Shown piece by piece: positions 1 to 9,002 of a DNA stretch of 64,000 nt. A program made the translations under genes and the position numbers. How positions within the stretch are numbered: the first letter of the stretch is position 1; every line of letters starts with the position of its first letter. Source of the stretch: Chthonomonas calidirosea (lineage in GTDB: Bacteria > Armatimonadota > Fimbriimonadia > Fimbriimonadales > Fimbriimonadaceae); NCBI GenBank assembly GCA_945859975.1, contig CAMAPH010000003.1, forward strand, positions 1 through 64,000, given 5' to 3'. The notes below the pieces were generated by a model. It was not told the origin of the DNA. It did not search any database and saw only the letters and a program-made list of their open reading frames with translations.

Positions 1-712
1 GGCCAGGCAAGTGCTCGCCCACCTTGACCAAGTCGCAGTCCGCATGAGCCGGAATTCCGTAAAGAAAGCTCCCCTGGCCGCCGTCAAACCCGAATACCGG
101 CAACGTATCGGAAACGCCCTCCAGCCAAGCGATGGTTTGCATGGTCACCGTTAGGTTCCACCTCGGGCAAAGCGCCTTCATTCCCGGCCCAAGCGCAAAG
201 AAGCTGAGGCCAGAATCGGCCACTGCGGGAACGCCGAATTCAAACTGCACTCCGAGCCCCTGCAGACGCTCGAACAAGCCAAGGCAAATCCGATCCGAGT
301 AAAGAAACCCGGCATCCGGCTCAAAAACGGTCTCGTATCCATCGGGCAGCGGTTCCGGAACTGGGTGTCCAGACTCAATTCGGAGGCCGTACTGCTCGGC
401 GGAGCCACGAACTCCCCGGAGTAGGTTGCCATCGCCCGGTCCGGCATAAACCACCCCACGCGCTTCGTGGACCGTCGTTCCTAATTCTGACGCCAGCTCG
501 CCCCAAAGCCCAAACGCTCGCTGCATCAGCGGCACGTAACTCGCAGATTCGAAGTAGGCAAAGCGGTAAATCCGTGAACCGCCGATTGACGATGTTCCCG
601 GTCCCAACGGTGGTTCCAACGATCGGACCCGCACGTTGTAGCCACGCTGGACGAGTCGCCAGGCTAGGCAGAGCCCGTAGACCCCCGCGCCGTACACCGT
701 TGCCGATTTCAT
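1..712 (-). CDS. FAD-dependent oxidoreductase, sarcosine oxidase/N-methyltryptophan oxidase-like (3' end outside window)
   Basis: Not in the ORF track. Manual translation from ATG 712 gives MKSATVYGAGVYGLCLAWRLVQRG...GTSSIGGSRIYRFAYFE...YVPLMQRAFGLWGEL, with a GxGxxG Rossmann motif and a SolA/MSOX-like SSxGxSRIxRxAY motif. Confidence 0.8.
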   Translation of the reverse strand, partial: MKSATVYGAGVYGLCLAWRLVQRGYNVRVRSLEPPLGPGTSSIGGSRIYRFAYFESASYVPLMQRAFGLWGELASELGTTVHEARGVVYAGPGDGNLLRGVRGSAEQYGLRIESGHPVPEPLPDGYETVFEPDAGFLYSDRICLGLFERLQGLGVQFEFGVPAVADSGLSFFALGPGMKALCPRWNLTVTMQTIAWLEGVSDTLPVFGFDGGQGSFLYGIPAHADCDLVKVGEHLPG

Positions 713-741
713 TTCCTTAGATTATTCGGTAACGTTCCGCC

Positions 742-1431
742 GTGGATTTCCGCATGGTGCTTGTCTTGGTCCTGGCGAACGTGCTGGTCGCTTGCTCTGG
801 CCAAGCTGAGCCTGATCGGGCCGCTATTGCTGCCGCCCGAGTTAAACCGCAATTGGAGAAGGAGATGAAAGCGATCGGCGTGACCTATCCGCCCAAGCGT
901 CTCCTGCTGCGAGCATTCAAAACGGAGAAGCGGCTCGATGTTTGGGTCGGAAACGCAACCGGCAAGCTCAAGAAATTCAAGTCCTATCCGATCGTCGCGA
1001 TGTCCGGCAAAACCGGTCCGAAACGTAAAGAAGGCGACCGGCAGGTGCCGGAAGGCATCTATCAAATCGACCGGTTCAACCCGAAGAGCCAATTCCACTT
1101 GTCGCTTGGCATCAACTATCCGAACGCGGCTGACAAAATGTTCGCCGACCGAGATGCCCCGGGCAGCGACATCTTCATCCACGGTAGCAACAAGAGCATC
1201 GGCTGCCTCGCGATGGGCGATCCGGCCATTAAGGAGATTTACACGCTTGCCCGGTCGGTCACTGGCCCCATTCCTGTCCACATTTTCCCGTGGCAATTCA
1301 CCAGCAACGAGACGGTCGACACGCCGCTTTGGCAACAGCTGCGCACGATTGACCTCGACTTCCAATTGAAACCGAGAGTCCAGAAAATCCAAGTCAGCAA
1401 ACTCGGAGCCTACGAGCTAGTTTCTCGCTAG
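742..1431 (+). CDS. L,D-transpeptidase family lipoprotein (YkuD/YafK-like)
   Basis: Lipobox-like LVAC; GPKRKEGDRQVPEGIY; catalytic IFIHG...SIGC motif. Confidence 0.88.
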   Translation: MDFRMVLVLVLANVLVACSGQAEPDRAAIAAARVKPQLEKEMKAIGVTYPPKRLLLRAFKTEKRLDVWVGNATGKLKKFKSYPIVAMSGKTGPKRKEGDRQVPEGIYQIDRFNPKSQFHLSLGINYPNAADKMFADRDAPGSDIFIHGSNKSIGCLAMGDPAIKEIYTLARSVTGPIPVHIFPWQFTSNETVDTPLWQQLRTIDLDFQLKPRVQKIQVSKLGAYELVSR

Positions 1432-2501
1432 AAGTTTCGCAGTTCGTCGCGATGCTTCACGAGCGCCAAGTAACTCGTCGGATAGTCGACCATCTTTTCC
1501 TGGACGGAGAACATGTCGCGCATCGGCGTCCAGGCTCCGTGAAGGCCCTTCCAAAGCCGGTTGTATTCGGCAAAGTCGCTGGTCGATCTCGGGTTGGCAG
1601 GCACCGATTCTGCCGCTTTGCGCATGGAGCGCAGGATGCTTAAATCCGTTGCCTTTTGCACAAATCCACGTCGGTAGAGCCAGTCTTGAACGGGCTCATT
1701 CTGGAGGTCATCCTTTCGAAGTCCAAGGTCGGTCTGCACCTGCGCCCAGTCCGATTCGCTCGCGACTGTGCTCATCGTGTAGCGATAACAAGCAAGGTTT
1801 GAGCCGATGTCCTTTCGGGCGTCGGGTAGTTCACCGAGTCCCTCAAGAACGGCCGCAGCCTCATCCGAACTCGGCTTAAGATCGCGGACAACCTTCATCA
1901 AGTCCTCCTCCACCCAGGCTCGAACTGCGGTTGCGATCTCGTTCGTGTCCGAACCGCAATGCCTCGCCACATTCGCTGCAAGGGTCAGCTCTTTGAGAGC
2001 TTCGGTTCGTTTGCCTTCGGCCAGCGCCAGTTTCGCCTGGGAGAGCTTGATGCGGGCGACCTGCCGCATCGTCGCATATTCCGGCATAAGGACGGCATAA
2101 CCGAGTCGGTAGTCGCGCTTGAAGCGGCAGTTCGTTGCCGATGCCGCGCGATCGATTTCCGGCATCAAATACGCCACCTGGGCCAAGCCTTGTCGAATTT
2201 CCTCAGGCGAAGGATTGCGCTTGGGATCGTACAAGCCCGAGTAGATCTTTTTGGCATCTTGATCCATGCTCAGCAACCCGTCGGAAACGATTTGGTAATA
2301 CGATGCGGCGTTTGGATACAGCGTCGCCAAGGTATTTGGCCCGGCTAGATCGCTTGCAGTAATCGGGAGTCCAGACTCGCGGGCAAGCACAAATTCTGCT
2401 TGGATCTGCGACTCCAGCACCGCTTGGTACGTGAGCCAGCCCAGGGCTAATCCAATGGTTCCGGCAACAAGCGTCAGAGATTTACGGCGTCGAGATTCCA
2501 A
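1428..2501 (-). CDS. hypothetical membrane-anchored helical protein
   Basis: 357-aa ORF with an N-terminal hydrophobic segment; no recognised domain. Confidence 0.65.
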   Translation of the reverse strand: MESRRRKSLTLVAGTIGLALGWLTYQAVLESQIQAEFVLARESGLPITASDLAGPNTLATLYPNAASYYQIVSDGLLSMDQDAKKIYSGLYDPKRNPSPEEIRQGLAQVAYLMPEIDRAASATNCRFKRDYRLGYAVLMPEYATMRQVARIKLSQAKLALAEGKRTEALKELTLAANVARHCGSDTNEIATAVRAWVEEDLMKVVRDLKPSSDEAAAVLEGLGELPDARKDIGSNLACYRYTMSTVASESDWAQVQTDLGLRKDDLQNEPVQDWLYRRGFVQKATDLSILRSMRKAAESVPANPRSTSDFAEYNRLWKGLHGAWTPMRDMFSVQEKMVDYPTSYLALVKHRDELRNF

Positions 2502-2544
2502 TTTTCGCTCCTACTGGGAAGACGCAAAATGCAGGCAACTTCGT

Positions 2545-3246
2545 TCAGGCGGCTTCGCGGACGGTGCGGCGCTCAATTCGTTTTTCGAAGTGCGTGCCCA
2601 GCAGCATCCGGTTCACATAGATTCCGGGCGTGTGGATGTGGTCAGCATCGAGGCTTCCCGTCGGTACCAATTCTTCCACTTCGGCAACGCAGACGCGCCC
2701 GGCCGTTGCCATCATCGGGTTGAAGTTGCGCGCGGTGCGGCGATAAACAAGGTTGCCCGACTCGTCGCCTTTCCACGCCTTAACGATGCTCAGGTCCGCG
2801 GTCAGCCCGGTCTCCATCACGTACATTTCGCCATTGAACTCGCGAGTTTCTTTGCCTTCCGCGACCAAGGTGCCATATCCGGTCTTCGTGTAAAACGCCG
2901 GAATCCCCGCCCCGCCGGCGCGGATGCGCTCGGCCAAAGTTCCTTGCGGATTGAACTCCAGCTCCAACTCGCCCGAGAGGTACTGCCGCTCAAACTCGCC
3001 GTTCTCGCCGACGTAGCTACTCACCATCTTCTTGATCTGGCGCGTCTGCAGCAGAATCCCGAGGCCAAAGTCATCGACGCCGCAGTTGTTACTGACGACC
3101 GTAATGTCCTTCACTCCCGAATCGCGCAAAGCCAGAATCAGGTGCTCTGGGATGCCGCAGAGGCCAAACCCTCCGGCCATGATCGTCATGCCGTCAAATA
3201 GCAAACCGCTCAGCGCGCTGGTGGAATCGGCGTAAACCTTGTTCAT
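2545..3246 (-). CDS. scoA: 3-oxoacid CoA-transferase subunit A
   Basis: [38 protein letters not shown] and IHTPGIYV motifs; SD GAGGA upstream. Confidence 0.93.
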   Translation of the reverse strand: MNKVYADSTSALSGLLFDGMTIMAGGFGLCGIPEHLILALRDSGVKDITVVSNNCGVDDFGLGILLQTRQIKKMVSSYVGENGEFERQYLSGELELEFNPQGTLAERIRAGGAGIPAFYTKTGYGTLVAEGKETREFNGEMYVMETGLTADLSIVKAWKGDESGNLVYRRTARNFNPMMATAGRVCVAEVEELVPTGSLDADHIHTPGIYVNRMLLGTHFEKRIERRTVREAA

Positions 3247-3291
3247 CGTGTCCTCTTCGACATTGATAGATTACTTGGAAGCGGGGCAAGC

Positions 3292-3330
3292 AAACAAAAA
3301 TTGGGCGAAGCCAGTCGCCCAGCTCCGCCC
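3292..3330 (-). terminator. intrinsic terminator-like hairpin between the receiver-like gene and scoA
   Basis: Minus strand GGGCGGAGC-N10-GCTTCGCCC (alternative stem TGGGCGA/TCGCCCA) followed by AATTTTTGTTT. Confidence 0.65.
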
Positions 3331-3399
3331 TTCATGAGAGGTCCGTTGCCTCTGCATTCACCCAATAAGCAAAACGCTAAGAGCCCAGCATTAGTTCAG

Positions 3400-3726
3400 T
3401 CAAATCGAAAAAGTTTCTAAAATTTGCGGCAGCTTGTGCGTGATCTCAGAATTGGTGGCCAGATAATCGCAGCCAAGATTGCGCCCGGCCGCGTGCAATT
3501 CCGTCTCCTTGTGCCCCGCGTGAGCGATGACTTTGATGCCGGCCGCCTTCAGTTTTGGTACGAGTTCGGCAACGGGAAAGCCGGATGAACTCAGATTTAC
3601 GATGGCGACGTCGGCGGTCATCACCTCGGCGGTCCGCGCCATCAAGGCTTCGTGACCAAAGGCGGTCACCGTCTTCGCCAACCTCGGCCCCCAAAGCAAG
3701 TTGTCCTCGTAGATTGCGACTGTCAT
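3400..3726 (-). CDS. single-domain receiver-like (CheY-fold) protein
   Basis: VAIYEDNLL...DVAIVNL...KVIAHAGH...A...GCD pattern; Asn at the usual phospho-acceptor Asp position. Confidence 0.65.
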   Translation of the reverse strand: MTVAIYEDNLLWGPRLAKTVTAFGHEALMARTAEVMTADVAIVNLSSSGFPVAELVPKLKAAGIKVIAHAGHKETELHAAGRNLGCDYLATNSEITHKLPQILETFSI

Positions 3727-3802
3727 AGTTCATTCTGGACAGGTCGCAGGGCGTTACTGCAGTTAGGCCTAAGACGCTCAACGCCAGCGGTACCCTGTCA
3801 CC

Positions 3803-4771
3803 ATGTCTCTTCGTCCGCTCAAGTGGGAAAACGATGCGCTCACCATGCTGGATCAGCGCCAGATTCCGCTCCGCACCGAGTACTTGCATCTGACGTCCAG
3901 CGCCGATGTGGCGGCGGCGATTCGGGACATGGCGGTGCGCGGTGCACCCGCCATCGGGATCGCGGCGGCCTACGGTATGGCGCTCGCCGTGCTGCATCAC
4001 GAGGAACTTCACATCGCCGACAAGCGGCTCCGAGCCTCTCGTCCAACCGCGGTGAACCTCTTCTGGGCGCTCGACCGCATCCAGGGCGTCGTGAAGGACG
4101 GCTTTGCTGCCGTGCTCCGCGAAGCCCAGGCGATCGAAGCCGAAGACCTTGCAATGAACTTGGCGATTGGCGAACACGGTAACACCCTTGTGCCCCAAGG
4201 TGCCCGAATTCTGACGATCTGCAACACCGGCGCCCTGGCCACCGCTGGGCACGGAACTGCGCTCGGCATCATTCGCACCGCCCATGCCGCCGGCAAGGAC
4301 ATCTTTGTCACCAGCTGCGAAACCCGACCCCGACAGCAAGGGCTTCGCCTGACCGCGTACGAGCTCACGTTCGAGAACATCCCGTTCCGAAGCATCGCCG
4401 ACAGCGTCGCCGCATCCCTGATGCGCGCTGGAGAAATCGACTTGGTCGTTGCCGGTGCAGACCGAATTGCCGCCAATGGCGATTCTGCCAACAAGATTGG
4501 AACCTACAGCCTCGCGGTCCTCGCAAAGTTCCACGGCATCCCGTTCTACATCGCCGCGCCAACTTCCACGTTCGACCCGACCCTTGCCAACGGCGACATG
4601 ATCCCGATCGAAGAGCGCGACCCGCGCGAGCTGACGGAGTCCGAAGGCGTCCGGATCGCCCCGGAGAACACGCCAGTGTATAACCCCGGGTTCGACGTGA
4701 CGCCGGGCGAGCTGATCACCGCGATCGTCTCGGAGAAAGGCGTGTTCTATCCACCGTACAACTTCTCCTAA
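3803..4771 (+). CDS. mtnA: S-methyl-5-thioribose-1-phosphate isomerase
   Basis: MAVRGAPAIG, SRPTAVNL, CNTGALATAGHGTALG, ETRP, GADRIAANGDSANKIGTY. Confidence 0.95.
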   Translation: MSLRPLKWENDALTMLDQRQIPLRTEYLHLTSSADVAAAIRDMAVRGAPAIGIAAAYGMALAVLHHEELHIADKRLRASRPTAVNLFWALDRIQGVVKDGFAAVLREAQAIEAEDLAMNLAIGEHGNTLVPQGARILTICNTGALATAGHGTALGIIRTAHAAGKDIFVTSCETRPRQQGLRLTAYELTFENIPFRSIADSVAASLMRAGEIDLVVAGADRIAANGDSANKIGTYSLAVLAKFHGIPFYIAAPTSTFDPTLANGDMIPIEERDPRELTESEGVRIAPENTPVYNPGFDVTPGELITAIVSEKGVFYPPYNFS

Positions 4772-5022
4772 CCCAGCTTGGCGGTGATATCGGTGTCAGA
4801 TATCCCTTCGACATCAATTAGCTTTTCCCGCGACGTCTCACCCCGCACGATGGTGAGGTGAGACTTCGCGATCCCGAGCTTTTTCGCCAACAGCTCAATG
4901 ACGGCCGCATTCGCCTGCCCATCGGTTGGCGCAGTCGTAACGTACACCCGAACCACCCCCTCACGAAGCTCCACGAGGTTGCGCGATGCCTTTGGAGAAA
5001 CGCGAATGAGTAGCTTTCCCAT
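4768..5022 (-). CDS. DUF167/YggU family protein
   Basis: IRVSPKASRN...APTDGQANAAVIELLAK...IVRGETSREK. Confidence 0.9.
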   Translation of the reverse strand: MGKLLIRVSPKASRNLVELREGVVRVYVTTAPTDGQANAAVIELLAKKLGIAKSHLTIVRGETSREKLIDVEGISDTDITAKLG

Positions 5023-5060
5023 GGTGTTACATGTACATTCTGAGTTAGACTAACGTCGAA

Positions 5061-6371
5061 ATGGCGTACTTCCCCGAAGTCTCGGAACCGATTCGCTTCG
5101 AAGGCCCCCAAAGCAAGAACCCGCTTGCTTTCAAGCACTACAACCCCGAGCAAGTTGTCGCTGGCAAGTCCATGAAGGACTGGTTCCGCTTCGCCGTAGC
5201 TTATTGGCACACCTTTAAGGGCACGGGCGTTGACCCGTTTGGCTCTGGCACGGCAAACCGACCGTGGGACGTCGCCGCCGACCCCATGCAGCGCGCCCAC
5301 GACACCATGGACGCCGCGTTTGAGTTCTTCACCAAGCTTGGTGTCGAGTACTGGTGCTTCCACGACCGCGACATCGCACCCGAAGGCGCGAACTTCCAGG
5401 AAAGCTGCAGCAACCTTTCCACCATCGTGGACTACGCCGCGAAGAAGCAGGAAGAAACCGGCGTAAAGCTCCTCTGGGGTACCGCTTGCCTCTTCACCCA
5501 CCCACGATTCCAGGCCGGCGCCAGCACCAACCCAGACCCACACGTCTTCGCTTACGCAGCCGCGCAGGTTAAGCACGCAATGGACGCCACCAAGAAGCTC
5601 GGCGGCGTTGGTTTCACTTTCTGGGGTGGGCGAGAAGGCTACGACACCCTCCTCAACACCAAGATGCAGCAGGAGCGCGAGCAGTTCGCCAAGCTCCTCC
5701 ACATGGCGGTGAAGTACAAGCAGGAAATCGGATTCGACGTGCAGTTCTACATCGAACCGAAGCCAAAGGAACCGACGAAGCACCAGTACGATAGCGATGT
5801 CGCCGCGTGCATGAACTTCCTTCGAGAGTTCGACCTCACCGATCACCTGAAGCTGAACATCGAGACCAACCACGCCACCCTGGCCGCTCACTCGATGCTC
5901 CACGAACTCCGCGCCGCGCGCGAAGCCGGTGCACTCGGTTCCATCGACGCCAACGCCGGCGATGAGTTGCTCGGCTGGGATACCGACCAGTTCCCGACCA
6001 GCGTCTACTTGACCACGGAAATCATGCTCGAGCTGATTGCGATGGGCGGATTCACCACCGGTGGCCTCAACTTTGACGCCAAGGTTCGACGCCAGAGCCA
6101 CGACGAGCTCGACCTCTTCTATGCCCACATCGGTGGCATGGACGCCTTCGCCCGAGGCCTCATCTCGGCCGATAAGATCATTCAGGACGGACGACTGCAG
6201 AACTTCGTCGACGAGCGATATGCCGGTTGGAGCACCGAGTTCGGCCAGGGCATCCTCGCCGGAAACGGATCGTTTGCGGACTGCGAAGCGTTTGTTCTCG
6301 CGAATGGCGAACCGGTGCGAAAGTCCGGCCGCCAAGAGTATCTGGAGAACCTGATCAACGAGTTCATCTGA
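5061..6371 (+). CDS. xylA: xylose isomerase (class II)
   Basis: RFAVAYWHTF, FHDRDIAPEG, WGGREGY, IEPKPKEPTKHQYD, NIETNHATLA, GWDTDQFP, GGLNFDAKVRR. Confidence 0.97.
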   Translation: MAYFPEVSEPIRFEGPQSKNPLAFKHYNPEQVVAGKSMKDWFRFAVAYWHTFKGTGVDPFGSGTANRPWDVAADPMQRAHDTMDAAFEFFTKLGVEYWCFHDRDIAPEGANFQESCSNLSTIVDYAAKKQEETGVKLLWGTACLFTHPRFQAGASTNPDPHVFAYAAAQVKHAMDATKKLGGVGFTFWGGREGYDTLLNTKMQQEREQFAKLLHMAVKYKQEIGFDVQFYIEPKPKEPTKHQYDSDVAACMNFLREFDLTDHLKLNIETNHATLAAHSMLHELRAAREAGALGSIDANAGDELLGWDTDQFPTSVYLTTEIMLELIAMGGFTTGGLNFDAKVRRQSHDELDLFYAHIGGMDAFARGLISADKIIQDGRLQNFVDERYAGWSTEFGQGILAGNGSFADCEAFVLANGEPVRKSGRQEYLENLINEFI

Positions 6372-6412
6372 TCGGCCCGAGCAAACAGCGTCGTTTGCAC
6401 CACAATCACTCT

Positions 6413-6583
6413 ATGGCCCAAGTTCCAGGTAACCGAGACTCTATCGACGGCAAGAAAATGCTGCCCCGGTTGGCGATCGGTTGCCTTCTTTTTTCCCTCA
6501 TCATGAGCGCCGGGGTTTACCTGTTTGCGCAGGCAACCACGCCGTTCTTCCAGCAGCAAGCAAAGTCGAAAGCTGGAAAGTAA
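6413..6583 (+). CDS. small single-TM hypothetical protein (56 aa)
   Basis: MAQVPGNRDSIDGKKMLPRLAIGCLLFSLIMSAGVYLFAQ...; fills the gap after xylA. Confidence 0.5.
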   Translation: MAQVPGNRDSIDGKKMLPRLAIGCLLFSLIMSAGVYLFAQATTPFFQQQAKSKAGK

Positions 6584-6584
6584 T

Positions 6585-8867
6585 TCAGTTCACGGTTATC
6601 GGCAAGTTGACCGACGCATCTCCGAACTGACCGAGGCCGCTCTTGCGCATTTGCCATTGGAAGTTGTAGGTGCCCGGGGTTGAGGGTGCCTTCACGTTAA
6701 ACGTGAACGAGTGGCTGCTTCCTACCGGAACGGTGCTCGTAACAGGCGCGGAAACCGTGCCCCAGCGATTTGTCCCGACCGGATTCGCCGCGTACAATAC
6801 GTATCCCGAGGATGTCCACGCTTCGCTGCCGGTGTTCTTCATGGCCACCGTCACCGTATAGTTTGCCCCGGCCGTCATGCTGGAAGGCACCGTCTGCCAT
6901 CGGAACTGAGCCCGATTAACCGCTCGCACCACAACATTGACAAGAGGCGTGGCTGGACCAAAGTTTGCTACGCCAAGGCGACGCATTTGCCATTGGAAGG
7001 CATAGGTCCCAGGAGTTAGCGGAGGCGAAATTCGGAAGTTGAAAGTCTTGTACTGACCTGGCAAAATCGCGTCCGTCTCGGAAAGTAGTGCGCTATTAGC
7101 CCCCCAAATGGTACTCGGCGAGGAGAGCGAAACAAGTCGGTGAGTGGCGCGAGTCCAGGTTGTGCTTCCGACGTTGCGCATCACAACCTGAACATCCACT
7201 TTGCGGTCTGGCTCAACCAGACTGGGCACATATTGAGAGGTGAAGGTGGAGGCATCCCCTTCGATGACGCGGATCGTTCGGTACTCGGAATAGTGTCCAA
7301 AGGTTAGCGATGGGTTTCCGTTGCGCAGCATTTGCCATACAAAGCTGTATTCACCCTTTGTCGCCGGTGCCTTGATCTTAAAATTAAAGGTGTACGTTTC
7401 ACCCGGAAAAATGGTCACCCCGGCGGGAATGGCAGCGTGTGCCCGGCCCCAGGTTGAGTTCGACAGGGGATCCACCGCGCACAGCCGATTGCTGACCGCT
7501 GCCCATGACAGGCTCCCCGTGTTTTTCACGGTTACCGAGACATTCGCTTCGGCCCCGGCATACATTTCACTCGGCGCGCTCACTGCAGTGATGATTGCAT
7601 CGTCGATGACGTCCGCTCGGCGATAAAGATACGTCGCCGGAGGTAAGCCGGGATCGTTGATGGGCACGGTGGAAACCGCCGCGATGTTGTTGAACAGCGC
7701 CGTCCGCATCCCGAACTGCGGAGAACCAACGGATGGAATGGGGTCTACGTACTCCCGCTGTGAGTAGAAATCGGCGCTCTTAAGCCCAAAGATCGCTATA
7801 CCGCCTTTGCCATTGAAGGTCAATGGAGCTCCGGCAATCAGGTTCTCTCCATTGAAGTCCATCGATGTGCCGAAATCCGCATTCTCGTTTGCACCAGGCC
7901 CTCGTAGAACAAAGCCGTTTCCACCCCAATGGAAGGGGTAATAGGTAAGAAAACCGCGCCGGGAGGCCCAATAGGGGGCGCTCACGACAAGCATGTTGTT
8001 AAGCAACTTGACTTCGTATCCGAACTTGTCTGTGTAGCCGGGCGCACCATCGTATTGCGGGACAAAGGTGGTTTTATACGACCAAGAACCGGTTTCTTTA
8101 CTGTACAGAATGCATTGGCCATAGGTCCCTGCTCCAGGCGAACTTATGACTCCCGGACGCGAGATGGCGAGAAGGCCCTGACTGGCCGAAATTGCCGTTC
8201 CGAAGAACTCGCCTGAATTCGGCTGCGGAGCGAAGATGCGCTGCTTGTATAACCAAGCCCCCGATCCATCTCGCTCGAAAACGTAAACAACGCCCGTGTC
8301 ATTCCCGTAGTTAGGTGCCGATACAAATAGGTGCCGGCCTAGCAGTTCCACCTTCTTTCCAAAGCCCGTGTTGATGACCGGATTGCCAGTTGGCTCCCGC
8401 AAAATTGCTTGGCGGACCCACTGCGCTCCCACCTTCTGGAAGATGTAGACCTCGGGATTCACGCTTCGTTCCGAGCCGAGCACGATCGTATTGTCTTGTA
8501 CGGCAGAACTTATCCCTAAATTCAGTGCATCGCCCGCAGGGTCTTGCGGGTCTGCCGCCAAGTCTTGCTCCAGTACCCAGACTCCGTTGATCCGCCGGAA
8601 AACCGACACCGAACCATCGAAGCCACCTCGGCCGATCACCAGCAGGTCGTTGTACATTCGCAACGATCTCGACTCGCCAGGGATGGACCCCACCGGTTGC
8701 CAATTCGTGAAGCTGGCCTGTGCGATGGCGGGAGCCGCCGTGCGGAGCCCTGGGACCACGAATGCGGGCTCACTGGCAACACCGATTGAGCTGATTCCAA
8801 GCGCCGCCAATGCGCAAAGCAAAGATCCGGATCGAGTTCGAAATCGCTCTACGAATGTGCGCAGCAT
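6585..8867 (-). CDS. secreted FG-GAP-like beta-propeller protein with three C-terminal NBR1-like Ig domains
   Basis: Signal peptide; repeats such as FGxxVxLxGxxLxVSAP...GxVYVF; three copies of V.V.MKNTGSxxW...F.F..KAP.TPG.Y.FQWQM. Alternative start GTG 8882. Confidence 0.8.
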   Translation of the reverse strand: MLRTFVERFRTRSGSLLCALAALGISSIGVASEPAFVVPGLRTAAPAIAQASFTNWQPVGSIPGESRSLRMYNDLLVIGRGGFDGSVSVFRRINGVWVLEQDLAADPQDPAGDALNLGISSAVQDNTIVLGSERSVNPEVYIFQKVGAQWVRQAILREPTGNPVINTGFGKKVELLGRHLFVSAPNYGNDTGVVYVFERDGSGAWLYKQRIFAPQPNSGEFFGTAISASQGLLAISRPGVISSPGAGTYGQCILYSKETGSWSYKTTFVPQYDGAPGYTDKFGYEVKLLNNMLVVSAPYWASRRGFLTYYPFHWGGNGFVLRGPGANENADFGTSMDFNGENLIAGAPLTFNGKGGIAIFGLKSADFYSQREYVDPIPSVGSPQFGMRTALFNNIAAVSTVPINDPGLPPATYLYRRADVIDDAIITAVSAPSEMYAGAEANVSVTVKNTGSLSWAAVSNRLCAVDPLSNSTWGRAHAAIPAGVTIFPGETYTFNFKIKAPATKGEYSFVWQMLRNGNPSLTFGHYSEYRTIRVIEGDASTFTSQYVPSLVEPDRKVDVQVVMRNVGSTTWTRATHRLVSLSSPSTIWGANSALLSETDAILPGQYKTFNFRISPPLTPGTYAFQWQMRRLGVANFGPATPLVNVVVRAVNRAQFRWQTVPSSMTAGANYTVTVAMKNTGSEAWTSSGYVLYAANPVGTNRWGTVSAPVTSTVPVGSSHSFTFNVKAPSTPGTYNFQWQMRKSGLGQFGDASVNLPITVN

Positions 8868-9002
8868 GACGTAGTGTAACACTCTTACTCTGAAACGCCA
8901 CTAGTTATTGATGTACGTTTTTCAGACGTCAGCTTTGAACGGATCTCAGGCTCGACGGGTACCGTAAACTTCAGTTCGCGCAGCGTTGCGCGGGGAACGA
9001 AG

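Noticed and set aside
4818..6335. 505-aa minus-strand ORF
   Set aside because: Antisense shadow of xylA.
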